Below, piece by piece: positions 36,242 through 46,135 of a DNA stretch of 64,000 nt (positions within the stretch are counted from its first letter, which is position 1; each line of letters begins with the position of its first letter). The notes beneath the pieces were generated by a model. The model had not been told where the DNA came from. It was given only the letters and a program-made list of their open reading frames with translations, and did no database searches. Source of the stretch: a bacterium (lineage in GTDB: Bacteria; RBG-13-61-14; DATKZS01); assembly GCA_963674965.2 (NCBI GenBank), contig CAXXFL010000005.1, forward strand, positions 672,001-736,000, written 5' to 3'. Position numbers and translations under genes: made by a program.

Positions 36242-39200
36242 ATGCAAAAAGCCTACGCGAACATCGAGGCCGAGGTCGAGAGGGTAAGACGCCGAAGGGT
36301 GACGCTCAGACGGCTTCGAGCGTCTTTTATTTTCCTCTTCGCCTTTACCGCGATTTTCACCCTGGCCCTCTTCCTTCTTCCCTCCCTGGACGGATGGCTT
36401 CGGGTGGGGGCCCGCGTGGCAGCTCTGGCTTCACTATTCATCGGCCTTGTCGCCTGGGCCGCCGGCCTGGCTTACGTTCGGGAGACGGCGGACTCCGCGG
36501 CCAGGTCCATCGAGAGGGCCAATCCCCACGCGAGCAACGACCTTATCAACGCCGTCCAGCTTACCAGGGCCATGGACGATCCCGGCCCGGCCGGGTCCTT
36601 CAGCCGGGCCCTTTTCGAGAAGCATCTCGAGAAAACCTCCGAGCTCATGCCCGAGCTGGACCTGGCGGCGGCCGCCCCCGCCCGCGTCCTTAAAAGACCC
36701 GCGGCCCTCGCGGCGGCGGCGGGCCTTGTTTTATTGACCCTTTGCGTCCTTTTCCCGGACCGCGCCGGGCTCGGCGCCTCCTCCTTGTTCACGGACTCAT
36801 TCAAGCCCGGGGAAACTGCTGACCAAGCCGCCCTGCCCCTGACCCTGGGAGACTTCACCCTAAGCTATCAGTTCCCCGAGTACAGCGGGATCGAGCCCCA
36901 AACCGTGGCCCACGCCAACGGCGACGTGGCGGCTTTAAAAGGAACGGTCGTCGCCATCCAGACCTCGTCGCTCGAGCCCCTGCGGAGCGCTTCCCTTATA
37001 ACCAGCGCGGGCACGAGCTACGCCATGGAGGTCGAGGACGAGACGACCCTCAAAACCGAGTTGGCCCTTTCCGAGGCGGGCACGTATTTTATCGAGGGCG
37101 TGGGCAAAAAGGGAGAGAAGCGCGCCGAGCCGGCCTCCCATCGGCTGCTTGTGGATGAGGACCTTCCGCCCCGGGTCAGCCTTCTTATCCCCGCGGCGGA
37201 CCTCGAGATAGCCGCCGAGGACAACCTGCCTCTTACTTACGAGGCCTCGGACGACTTCGGGCTTTCCCGGACCGAGCTTGTCTACCAGAGGGGCGGCAAG
37301 GAAACGCGTCTTCCCATCCTCAGCTTCAAGGGCGCCGACAAGAAGGAACTAAAGGACGAGCATGAATGGCCGCTCGGCCCGGAGAAGTTCCAGCCCGGGG
37401 ACCGGATCGCCTTTTTCATCGAGGTCACGGACAACGATGAAGTGTCGGGCGGCAAGTCGGCCCGGAGCGATACTCGGGTGCTCGAGATATTCAGCGCCAG
37501 GAAGGAACACCGGAGACTGCTGGCCAGGCAGGACGAGCTTCTCGACGCCATGATCGACCATCTGGCCTCCCACCTGGTTTCCTTTCTCGACGACAGGGCC
37601 CCGGGCGTGGACGCGTTGCCCTCGGAAAAGAAGATGCTCGCCCAGGCTTCCGAGCTGGTTTCATTCATTCGCGGTCTCCGCTCCGAGATCGAGGAGGACG
37701 AGCTGGCCGAGGAACTGGTAATGGACGCGCTTTCGGAAATGGCCGCTCGCTATTCCGCGCTCATCGGGGAAAGGTCCCAGTTGATAGAGGGCTTGTCGGA
37801 GCTGAGCGGGCCGGCGCGGGAAATCCTCTTCGGGCTGCAGGACGACTACCGTGCCGGGCTCGAGTTCGATATCGTTTACCTGGACAAGCTGGTCAAGAAG
37901 CAGAGGGTTGACGACCTCATGGAGGAGGCCGACGACCTTTACAAGGCGCGGGCCGACCTGGCGTCGCTTCTGGATGAATATAAAAGGACGGGCGACCCGG
38001 CCCTCCTCGAGGAGCTTCGCCAAAAACTGGAGGAGCTGCAGGAGGCCTTCGCCAACCTCCAGCGCAGAATGGCCGAGGCCAGGAAGGGCATGCCCGAGGA
38101 GTTCGTGAACGCCGAGGCCGCGTCGGACGAGTCCTTGGGCGGCCTGGCCGAGGAAATGGAAAAACTGCGCAAGGCCCTGGCCGACGGCGACGTGGAAGAC
38201 GTGATGGACATGGCCGACCGGTTCCTCGACATGATGGACCAGTGGATGACGGGGCTCGAGGAAAGCGCCACCGAGCTGAGCGACGTCATGTCTCGGGAGA
38301 TGATGAGGGAGCTCGGCGAGTTCACCGACCGGGTCTCGGACATGGCCCAGCGGCAAAAGCACATCGAGGAAGGGCTGCGGGAACTCTACGAGGGCGCCAT
38401 GCAGAACTCGCCCGAGCGCGAGGCCTTCGAGAACGCGAAAAGCGAGGTGGCCCAAAAGCTGGCCGAGGCCGACTCGAGCATCAACGACGCCATGAACGCC
38501 ATGAGCAGCCTCAAGCCGGGCGGCTCGAGGGGCTATCGGAGCCTGACCAGAAAACAATGGGAGGAAAGGCGGGCGGCCTCCTCCTCCTTGAACTCCATAC
38601 GGCGAGAGTTGAAAAACGCCCGAGAGGACCTGGCGAACAACGAGTTCGAGAAGGCCCTCCAGACTACGAGGGCGATGCGGGAGAAACTCGAGCGGACCAG
38701 GGACTTCATCGAGGAGGCGGCCGAGCGCGACGACGCGGGACCGAAAAAGCACCGGGAGAATTTCCAGGGGTCCTGCGACCGGGCCGGCGGCTCCATGGCC
38801 GGGGCGATCGAGGGCATGGAGGAGCTGATGGAGTCATCCTCCGTCTCGCTCTCGCCCGAGGGCCAGTCCATGCTCGAGGAGCTAAGCGGACTGCAGGAGG
38901 CCGTGAGGCAGGACGCCCAGCGGACCATGCAGGAATACGGGGAGTTCCGGGAACGGGTTTCATCCTTGCCCGAGTCGGTGGGACAAGACCTCGAGAGCGC
39001 CGGGCAAAAAATGCGGGACGCCCTGGGCGAGATATCCGCGGCCGACCCGGCTGGGGCCATGACTCCCGCCCGCGACGCCAGGAAACACCTCGAACAGGCC
39101 CTGGACGGTTTGAACAACGCCAAGAGCAAGATGGGACAGGGCATGATGATGGGCTCGGGCTCGATGAGCATGCCCTCCGGCCGCTCGAGCAGGAAGGGCG

Positions 39201-39367
39201 AGGACGGCAGGGAGGGGATGAACGAGGAAAACTTCGAGCTTCCCGACGAGGATTTATACAAGGTGCCCGAGGAATTCAGGGAACAACTCCTGCGCGCGAT
39301 GAAGGAGGATTCCCCCGAGGCCTATAAAAACCTGAATAAAGATTATTACGAGAGGCTGGTAAGATGA
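36242..39367 (+). CDS. DUF4175-like membrane-anchored protein (TM helices, Ig-like domains, long coiled coil)
   Basis: N-terminal TM helices; PEYSG, ASDDFGL, PGDRI; C-terminal PEEFRE.LL.AM....P..YK.LN..YYE.L. Confidence 0.75.
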   Translation: MQKAYANIEAEVERVRRRRVTLRRLRASFIFLFAFTAIFTLALFLLPSLDGWLRVGARVAALASLFIGLVAWAAGLAYVRETADSAARSIERANPHASNDLINAVQLTRAMDDPGPAGSFSRALFEKHLEKTSELMPELDLAAAAPARVLKRPAALAAAAGLVLLTLCVLFPDRAGLGASSLFTDSFKPGETADQAALPLTLGDFTLSYQFPEYSGIEPQTVAHANGDVAALKGTVVAIQTSSLEPLRSASLITSAGTSYAMEVEDETTLKTELALSEAGTYFIEGVGKKGEKRAEPASHRLLVDEDLPPRVSLLIPAADLEIAAEDNLPLTYEASDDFGLSRTELVYQRGGKETRLPILSFKGADKKELKDEHEWPLGPEKFQPGDRIAFFIEVTDNDEVSGGKSARSDTRVLEIFSARKEHRRLLARQDELLDAMIDHLASHLVSFLDDRAPGVDALPSEKKMLAQASELVSFIRGLRSEIEEDELAEELVMDALSEMAARYSALIGERSQLIEGLSELSGPAREILFGLQDDYRAGLEFDIVYLDKLVKKQRVDDLMEEADDLYKARADLASLLDEYKRTGDPALLEELRQKLEELQEAFANLQRRMAEARKGMPEEFVNAEAASDESLGGLAEEMEKLRKALADGDVEDVMDMADRFLDMMDQWMTGLEESATELSDVMSREMMRELGEFTDRVSDMAQRQKHIEEGLRELYEGAMQNSPEREAFENAKSEVAQKLAEADSSINDAMNAMSSLKPGGSRGYRSLTRKQWEERRAASSSLNSIRRELKNAREDLANNEFEKALQTTRAMREKLERTRDFIEEAAERDDAGPKKHRENFQGSCDRAGGSMAGAIEGMEELMESSSVSLSPEGQSMLEELSGLQEAVRQDAQRTMQEYGEFRERVSSLPESVGQDLESAGQKMRDALGEISAADPAGAMTPARDARKHLEQALDGLNNAKSKMGQGMMMGSGSMSMPSGRSSRKGEDGREGMNEENFELPDEDLYKVPEEFREQLLRAMKEDSPEAYKNLNKDYYERLVR

Positions 39368-40995
39368 TTAATAAAAAAAGCGCGCGAGCGATGGTCGCGG
39401 TGGCCACGTTGATCGTGGCCGCGATGATGGTCGGAGCCACGTCCTCGAGGGCGGCCAACCCGAGCGCCGCCGTTCTCATGTCCATCGGTTCCCGGGCCCT
39501 CCAGACCTGGGACTACCGCGAGGCCGGGCGCGTCAAGGACGAGCTGGCCCGGCTGGCCGAGTCGGGCGACGAGACGGCCAAGTCCATCGACGCCTCGTAT
39601 CGGGCGGACTACGGCTTTTACACGGGCGACTACGCCTCGGGCCGGGACGCCATGAACGAACTGGCCGCCCTCCGCGAACTGAGCGATTACGAGAAGTCCT
39701 TTCGCGACCGCCTCGCCGGCCTGGCCGAGACCTGGGACGGGGCGGTCGAGGCCCGCTCGGACCATTTTAGATTGAGGTACAAGCCGGGTCGGGACGAGGT
39801 CCTGGTCGAGCCCGCCCTTTCCACCCTCGAGAAGGCCTACGCGGCCCTCACCTCCGACCTGGGCGTGGCGCCCGCCGACCCGGTGCTGGCGGAGGTGTAT
39901 CCCAGTTTCGAGAGCTTCGCCAACTCGACGGGCCTGACCATGGAGGAACTCGAGGACTCGGGGACCATCGCCATCTGCAAGTACAGGCGGCTCATGATCA
40001 ACACCCCCCGCCGCACGCGGCAAGGATACTCTTACCGCGACACCCTTTCCCACGAGTTCGTCCATTTCCTCATCTACCAGAAATACGGGCCCGACATCCC
40101 CATCTGGCTGCACGAGGGCCTGGCCAAGTACGAGGAACTGAGGTGGAGGAAGGACGAGGGCGGAGAACTGACGCCCACCCAGAAGAGCCTTTTGGCCTCG
40201 GCCCTCCGCCAGGACGAGCTTATCACCTTCGAGCGCATGCACCCGAGCTTCGCCAAGTTCAAGACCCCGAGCCAGGGCCAGCTCGCCTTCGCCGAGGTCA
40301 CCACCGTCGTCGATTACCTGGTGAAGACCGGCGGCTGGGAAAGGGTCTTCGCCCTTTGCGACTCGATCTCTCAAACCAACGATTACCGGTCCTCCCTCGA
40401 GAAGGTCACGGGCAAGCCCTTTGACAAGTTCTGGAACGACTGGATAAAGCACGCCAAGGGCCTGGGCTTCCAGGAGCTTCCGGGCATGGAGATAACGGCC
40501 TTCGAGATCATGAAGGGCGAGAAGGGCCTCGAGGACGAGGAGGAAATCGGCGACGAGGGCGTGGCCGAGGAGGACCTGGCCTCGGGTGACGAGTGGCGCT
40601 ACGCCCGGATCGGCGACCTGCTCCGCGACAGGGGACACTACCGCGCCGCCGGCGTCGAGTACGGGAAGGCCCGGGAACTGGCGCCCTACTCGATACGCAT
40701 ACTCAACAAGCAGGGGATATGCTATACCCTGGCCGAGGACTACGAGGCGGCCCTCGAGCCCCTCGAGACGGCCATCGAGCTGGCCCCCGGCTACGGCTCG
40801 AGCTACGTCAACCTGGGCCGGGCCCTTTACAAGCTGGGCCGCTACGCCGAGGCGGAGGAAGTTTTCGCCAGGGCCCTGGACATCAATCCCTTTAACCCTA
40901 TTCCCTACGGACCTCTCCTGGACATCAACATGAAGGCCGGACGGGAGGACAGGACCGAGAAACTCAAAAGGGACCTGGTCCTGATTTCCAGCTAA
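39364..40995 (+). CDS. Exported clan-MA (gluzincin-like) metallopeptidase with C-terminal TPRs
   Basis: Signal peptide; TLSHEFVH (HExxH) plus PIWLHEGLA; TPR motifs. Confidence 0.82.
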   Translation: MINKKSARAMVAVATLIVAAMMVGATSSRAANPSAAVLMSIGSRALQTWDYREAGRVKDELARLAESGDETAKSIDASYRADYGFYTGDYASGRDAMNELAALRELSDYEKSFRDRLAGLAETWDGAVEARSDHFRLRYKPGRDEVLVEPALSTLEKAYAALTSDLGVAPADPVLAEVYPSFESFANSTGLTMEELEDSGTIAICKYRRLMINTPRRTRQGYSYRDTLSHEFVHFLIYQKYGPDIPIWLHEGLAKYEELRWRKDEGGELTPTQKSLLASALRQDELITFERMHPSFAKFKTPSQGQLAFAEVTTVVDYLVKTGGWERVFALCDSISQTNDYRSSLEKVTGKPFDKFWNDWIKHAKGLGFQELPGMEITAFEIMKGEKGLEDEEEIGDEGVAEEDLASGDEWRYARIGDLLRDRGHYRAAGVEYGKARELAPYSIRILNKQGICYTLAEDYEAALEPLETAIELAPGYGSSYVNLGRALYKLGRYAEAEEVFARALDINPFNPIPYGPLLDINMKAGREDRTEKLKRDLVLISS

Positions 40996-41038
40996 ACGTA
41001 TCCGGGCCAGAGTAAAAAGACCATTGAAGGAGAAGAAA

Positions 41039-42082
<1,044 letters not shown>

Positions 42083-42125
42083 GCCCGATGAGCCGAAAAG
42101 ACAACCAGGAAACGGCGGTGTTCAC

Positions 42126-43061
42126 ATGAGCGGCGCGGCCGACCCCGAGCTCCTGCAAAGAATCAGGGCGCTCGAGCTCAAGGCCAGGGAGGTGGCCGAC
42201 GGGCTTCTGCTCGGCATTCACCACGCGCCCCACCGCGGACGCTCCCTCGAGTTCGCCGAGCACAAGGAGTACTCGCCGGGCGACGACTTGAGGCGGGTGG
42301 ACTGGAAGCTCTTCGCCAAATCGGACCGCTATTACGTGAAGGAGTTCGAGGACGACACCAACGTGACGGCGGTCATGGCCGTGGACGGGTCGGCCTCCAT
42401 GGACTACAAGTGGGAGGGACCGGGCGGACGGGGCAAGAACGGTGGTCCCACCAAGCTGGACCTGGCCCGGACCCTGGCGGGGGCCTTGTCATACTTGCTT
42501 CTTTCCCAGTCCGACTCGGTCGGGCTTATGACCATGGCCGGAAAGATCGTGGACTACCTTCCGCCCCGCGCCAAGCTGGCCCACTTCCACGAGATCACCG
42601 CCAGGCTCGGGGGCCTCGAGCCGGAAAAGGAAACCAACCTGGCCGCGTGCCTGGCCGACCTTTCGACCCGGCTGAAGGAGAGGGCCCTCATCATTATCCT
42701 CTCCGACCTCCTGGACGAACCCGAGCCCGCCATGAAGGCCATAAGGCTCATGAGAAGCAGGAGACACGAGTTGGTAATCTTCCACGTGCTGGACCCGTCG
42801 GAGATCGAGTTCCCCTTCGACCGGCTCAGCCAATTCCACGACCTGGAGGGGCCCCTCAAGCTGCTCGTGGACCCACGGGCCATCCAGAAGGAATACAAAA
42901 AACATTTCTCCGGCTTCCTCGAGAGCGTCAAGGCCGAGTGCGCCGGGGCCGCCATCGATTATACCCTGGCCCGGACCGACCGGGAGCCCGCGTCCATCCT
43001 CAGCTCGTGGCTCATGACCCGGGCCGCCTCCATGGGCTCGAGGGGAAGGCCGGCAAGATGA
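42126..43061 (+). CDS. DUF58 / vWA-like MoxR partner
   Basis: G.H....GRSLEFAEHKEY.PGDDLRRVDWK; DGSASM; SDLLD. Confidence 0.93.
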   Translation: MSGAADPELLQRIRALELKAREVADGLLLGIHHAPHRGRSLEFAEHKEYSPGDDLRRVDWKLFAKSDRYYVKEFEDDTNVTAVMAVDGSASMDYKWEGPGGRGKNGGPTKLDLARTLAGALSYLLLSQSDSVGLMTMAGKIVDYLPPRAKLAHFHEITARLGGLEPEKETNLAACLADLSTRLKERALIIILSDLLDEPEPAMKAIRLMRSRRHELVIFHVLDPSEIEFPFDRLSQFHDLEGPLKLLVDPRAIQKEYKKHFSGFLESVKAECAGAAIDYTLARTDREPASILSSWLMTRAASMGSRGRPAR

Positions 43062-45199
43062 GCGGCTTGTCCTTTTTGCACGTGGGCCTTCTTTTGGGAG
43101 CGCTGGGAGTGGCCGCGCCCATCATCATCCACTTCATCTTCCGGCGCCGGGCCAAGGTCGTGGGCTTCCCCCCCATGCGCTTCGTTCTGCTCTCGTATAA
43201 AAAGGTGGCCCGGCGGCTATTGCTTCGCGAGTATCTTCTTCTGGCCGCTCGCTGTCTGATGGTATTGTTTCTCGCCCTGGCCCTGGCCGCTCCCGTTATC
43301 AGCCGCGTGTCCCGGGGCCTGGCCCGGGGAGAGAAACCCCTGGCCGCGGTAATGATTATCGACGGGTCCCCCTCCATGTGGAGAAAGGCGGGCAAGGCGA
43401 GCCTTTTCGAGACGGCCAGAGAAACGGCCTCGGACTGGATCGGGTCCCTGGCCGACGGCGACCGGGCCGGCGTGATCGACGCCTCGCGCCTGACCTCGAT
43501 CGGGCTTTTAAAAGACCCGGGTGACGCGATAAAAGCCGTCGGCGAATTGACCCCGTCCTACTCGACCGCCCGCCTGGTCGAGGCCGTTTCTCTGGCCTCG
43601 AGCCAACTGGCCGGGGCCGAGGGCCACGACCGGGTCGTCATCGTCTTTACCGACCTCCAGGCTTCTTCCTGGACCGGGGCCTGGACCGGAGGCGACTCCG
43701 TCCCCATCCGGGTGGTGGACATGTCCGAGGGCCTGGTCCCCCGGAACGTTTCCATTGACGGACTCGAGGTCAAGCGGCGGTCCCTGGCCAGGGAGGAGGC
43801 CGCGATTATAACCGCCAAGATAAAAAACCACGGCGAGGTGGACGAGAGGCGAACGCTGGTCAGGGTCGCCATGGGTGGCCAGACCGCCGCCCAGGGGTTC
43901 GTGGACTTGACCGCGGGAGACGAGGTGGAAAAGGAGCAGGTCATTACCGACGCGCCCGGCGGGGCCGGCGTGGTCACCATCGAGGTGGACGACGGCATGA
44001 CCGCGGACAACTCCGCCTACTTCATGCTCTCGGGCGGGCAGAAGGTCAGGGCGCTGTTGGTGGACGGGGACCCGGGCACGGGATACCTCGAGAGCGAGAC
44101 CTATTTTCTCGAGCAGGCCCTGGACCCGAGGCTGTACGCCAAGTCGAGGGTCCAGCCCGCGGGCGCGACCCCGGCCGAGCTCAACGAGGCCAACCTCGAC
44201 GATTACCAGGTCCTGATCCTGGCCAACGTCGAGGCGGTCCCCCCCCGGACCGCGGCCAAAATAAAAGCTTTCGTCGAGAAGGGGGGAGGACTCCTGTTCA
44301 CCCTCGGCGACCGCGTCCGGGAATCGACCTATAACGAGATATGGAAAGACCTGCTGCCCCGCGAGCTGAGAGGAGTCAAGCTGGCCTACGCCGGGGCCAC
44401 GGGCGCCGACGAGGACAAGGTCATGCATCTTGACTCCTCGATCCTGGCGGGCTCGAGGCATCCGGCCCTCGCCCTCTTTTCCGACCCCGGCCAGGGCGAC
44501 CTGGGACTGGCGGGCTTCTGGAAATATTTCCTCATGCAGCAGGAGGTCGGATCGGAGGGCGAGGTACTGCTTCGTCTGACCGACGGCGCTCCCATTCTGG
44601 TCGAGAAGAAATATGGAAGAGGAAAGGTCATGCTCTTCGCCGGCACGGCCGACAGGGCCTGGAACGACCTTTGCGTGCATCCGACTTACCTTCCCCTTTT
44701 CCAGCAGATCGTCAGGTACCTGGGCGACGCCCTGGTCGAGGAGGACTCGGGAAAAATGGCGGCGGGCGTGGTGCTCAAGATTCCCGTCGCGACCGACGTG
44801 ACGGGCGCCCGGGTGAAGGGCCCGGACGGCGCGGCCCGGGACGCGGAGCTTATCGAGGACGCGGGCAGGAAGAGCCTGCGCGTGGTGGATACCGAGCTTC
44901 CCGGCGTGTATCGGGTAAGGTTCGCTCGAGGGGGGGGCAGGCCGCCGGCGTCGTTTGACGACGAACGGGCCGACGCGACCATCGTCCTCAACCTCGACCC
45001 CGCCGAGTCGGACCTGACCAAGTTGGGAAAGGCTGAAATCGAATCCAGGGTCAAGTCCGGGAACGTGACCGTCACCGCGGCCGACGAGCCCCTCGAGGCC
45101 TCCGGCCAGGAGTCGGAGGAAAAGGTACCCTTCGCCTGGCTCTTCCTTTACCTCATGGTGGGCGCCCTCATCATCGAGCGGGCCTTGATGAAAAGCTGA
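43058..45199 (+). CDS. BatA-domain / vWA membrane protein
   Basis: APIIIH...R....FP.MRF...LLLAAR (BatA); DGSPSM MIDAS; TDLQ; class-I GATase-like segment; ESDL and C-terminal TM. Confidence 0.88.
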   Translation: MSGLSFLHVGLLLGALGVAAPIIIHFIFRRRAKVVGFPPMRFVLLSYKKVARRLLLREYLLLAARCLMVLFLALALAAPVISRVSRGLARGEKPLAAVMIIDGSPSMWRKAGKASLFETARETASDWIGSLADGDRAGVIDASRLTSIGLLKDPGDAIKAVGELTPSYSTARLVEAVSLASSQLAGAEGHDRVVIVFTDLQASSWTGAWTGGDSVPIRVVDMSEGLVPRNVSIDGLEVKRRSLAREEAAIITAKIKNHGEVDERRTLVRVAMGGQTAAQGFVDLTAGDEVEKEQVITDAPGGAGVVTIEVDDGMTADNSAYFMLSGGQKVRALLVDGDPGTGYLESETYFLEQALDPRLYAKSRVQPAGATPAELNEANLDDYQVLILANVEAVPPRTAAKIKAFVEKGGGLLFTLGDRVRESTYNEIWKDLLPRELRGVKLAYAGATGADEDKVMHLDSSILAGSRHPALALFSDPGQGDLGLAGFWKYFLMQQEVGSEGEVLLRLTDGAPILVEKKYGRGKVMLFAGTADRAWNDLCVHPTYLPLFQQIVRYLGDALVEEDSGKMAAGVVLKIPVATDVTGARVKGPDGAARDAELIEDAGRKSLRVVDTELPGVYRVRFARGGGRPPASFDDERADATIVLNLDPAESDLTKLGKAEIESRVKSGNVTVTAADEPLEASGQESEEKVPFAWLFLYLMVGALIIERALMKS

Positions 45200-45213
45200 C
45201 GGCGGAGATTTAA

Positions 45214-46131
45214 ATGAGCAAGAAGGATATAAAGAAGGAACCCGGCGAAGGGAACGGAGCGAGAAAAAGGGAGGGCCTTTCCCGACGCGAGGCGGCCCTT
45301 CTTTGCGGGGCCGGGGCGCTGGGCGCCTTCGCCTCTTTAAAAGCCGGTCTCGCCCAGACCGACCCCTTTGGCGACCCGGGAGGAAGGAACGGACGAGGGG
45401 CCAGTCCCTTTCCCAGGCGCTTCGTTCCCCCCGCGGGTCCCGAGGTCCCCGAGCGGCCCACCTTCTTCTGGGCCCAGCTCATGTACGGGTCGGACCAGTC
45501 ATGGAACCCCCATCCCACCGCGTGCCGGAGCCTGATCGAGATCATGGCCCCCCGCGCCAGCGTGCAGGCCTCGCCGGAACGGGTCGACTTGCGGCTCGAC
45601 TCTCCCCGGCTTTTCCGCTACCCCTTCCTGTATTGGACGGGCGACTCCGAGTTCGATCCGCTTCCGTCCGAGCACCTCGAGAGGCTCCGGCTCTACCTCG
45701 AGATGGGCGGCTTCCTCTTCGTGGACGACGCCCTGGCGGCCTCGGGCATCGGGTTCGACAAGTCCTTCCAGCGCGAGTTGAGCAGGATGTTTCCCGGCCG
45801 GTCCCTCCAGCGCCTTCCCGAGGACCACACCGTGTTCCAGTCCTATTACCTCATCGACCGGGTAGTGGGAAGGACCGTGAACCGGCCCTATTTGCTGGGA
45901 CTCGATCAGGGCGACCTGACCATGATTGTCTATTCGGGAAACGACATGGGAGGGTCTTGGGCCAAGGACCGGATGGGCAGGTGGATCGACCCGGTCGAGC
46001 CGGGCGGGACCCGGCAGCGGGAGACGTCCATCCGACTGGGCATTAACATAATCCTTTACGCGCTGTGCGCGAACTACAAAAAGGACCTTATTCACGTGCC
46101 CTTTATCTCCGAGCGCAGGAAGGGGCGGTAG
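45214..46131 (+). CDS. DUF4159 protein with Tat-like signal
   Basis: SRREAALL N-terminus; YPFLYWTG, LRLYL..GGFLFVDD, ND.GG.W, RLGINIILYAL..NYK.D..H. Confidence 0.85.
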   Translation: MSKKDIKKEPGEGNGARKREGLSRREAALLCGAGALGAFASLKAGLAQTDPFGDPGGRNGRGASPFPRRFVPPAGPEVPERPTFFWAQLMYGSDQSWNPHPTACRSLIEIMAPRASVQASPERVDLRLDSPRLFRYPFLYWTGDSEFDPLPSEHLERLRLYLEMGGFLFVDDALAASGIGFDKSFQRELSRMFPGRSLQRLPEDHTVFQSYYLIDRVVGRTVNRPYLLGLDQGDLTMIVYSGNDMGGSWAKDRMGRWIDPVEPGGTRQRETSIRLGINIILYALCANYKKDLIHVPFISERRKGR

Positions 46132-46135
46132 CGCC

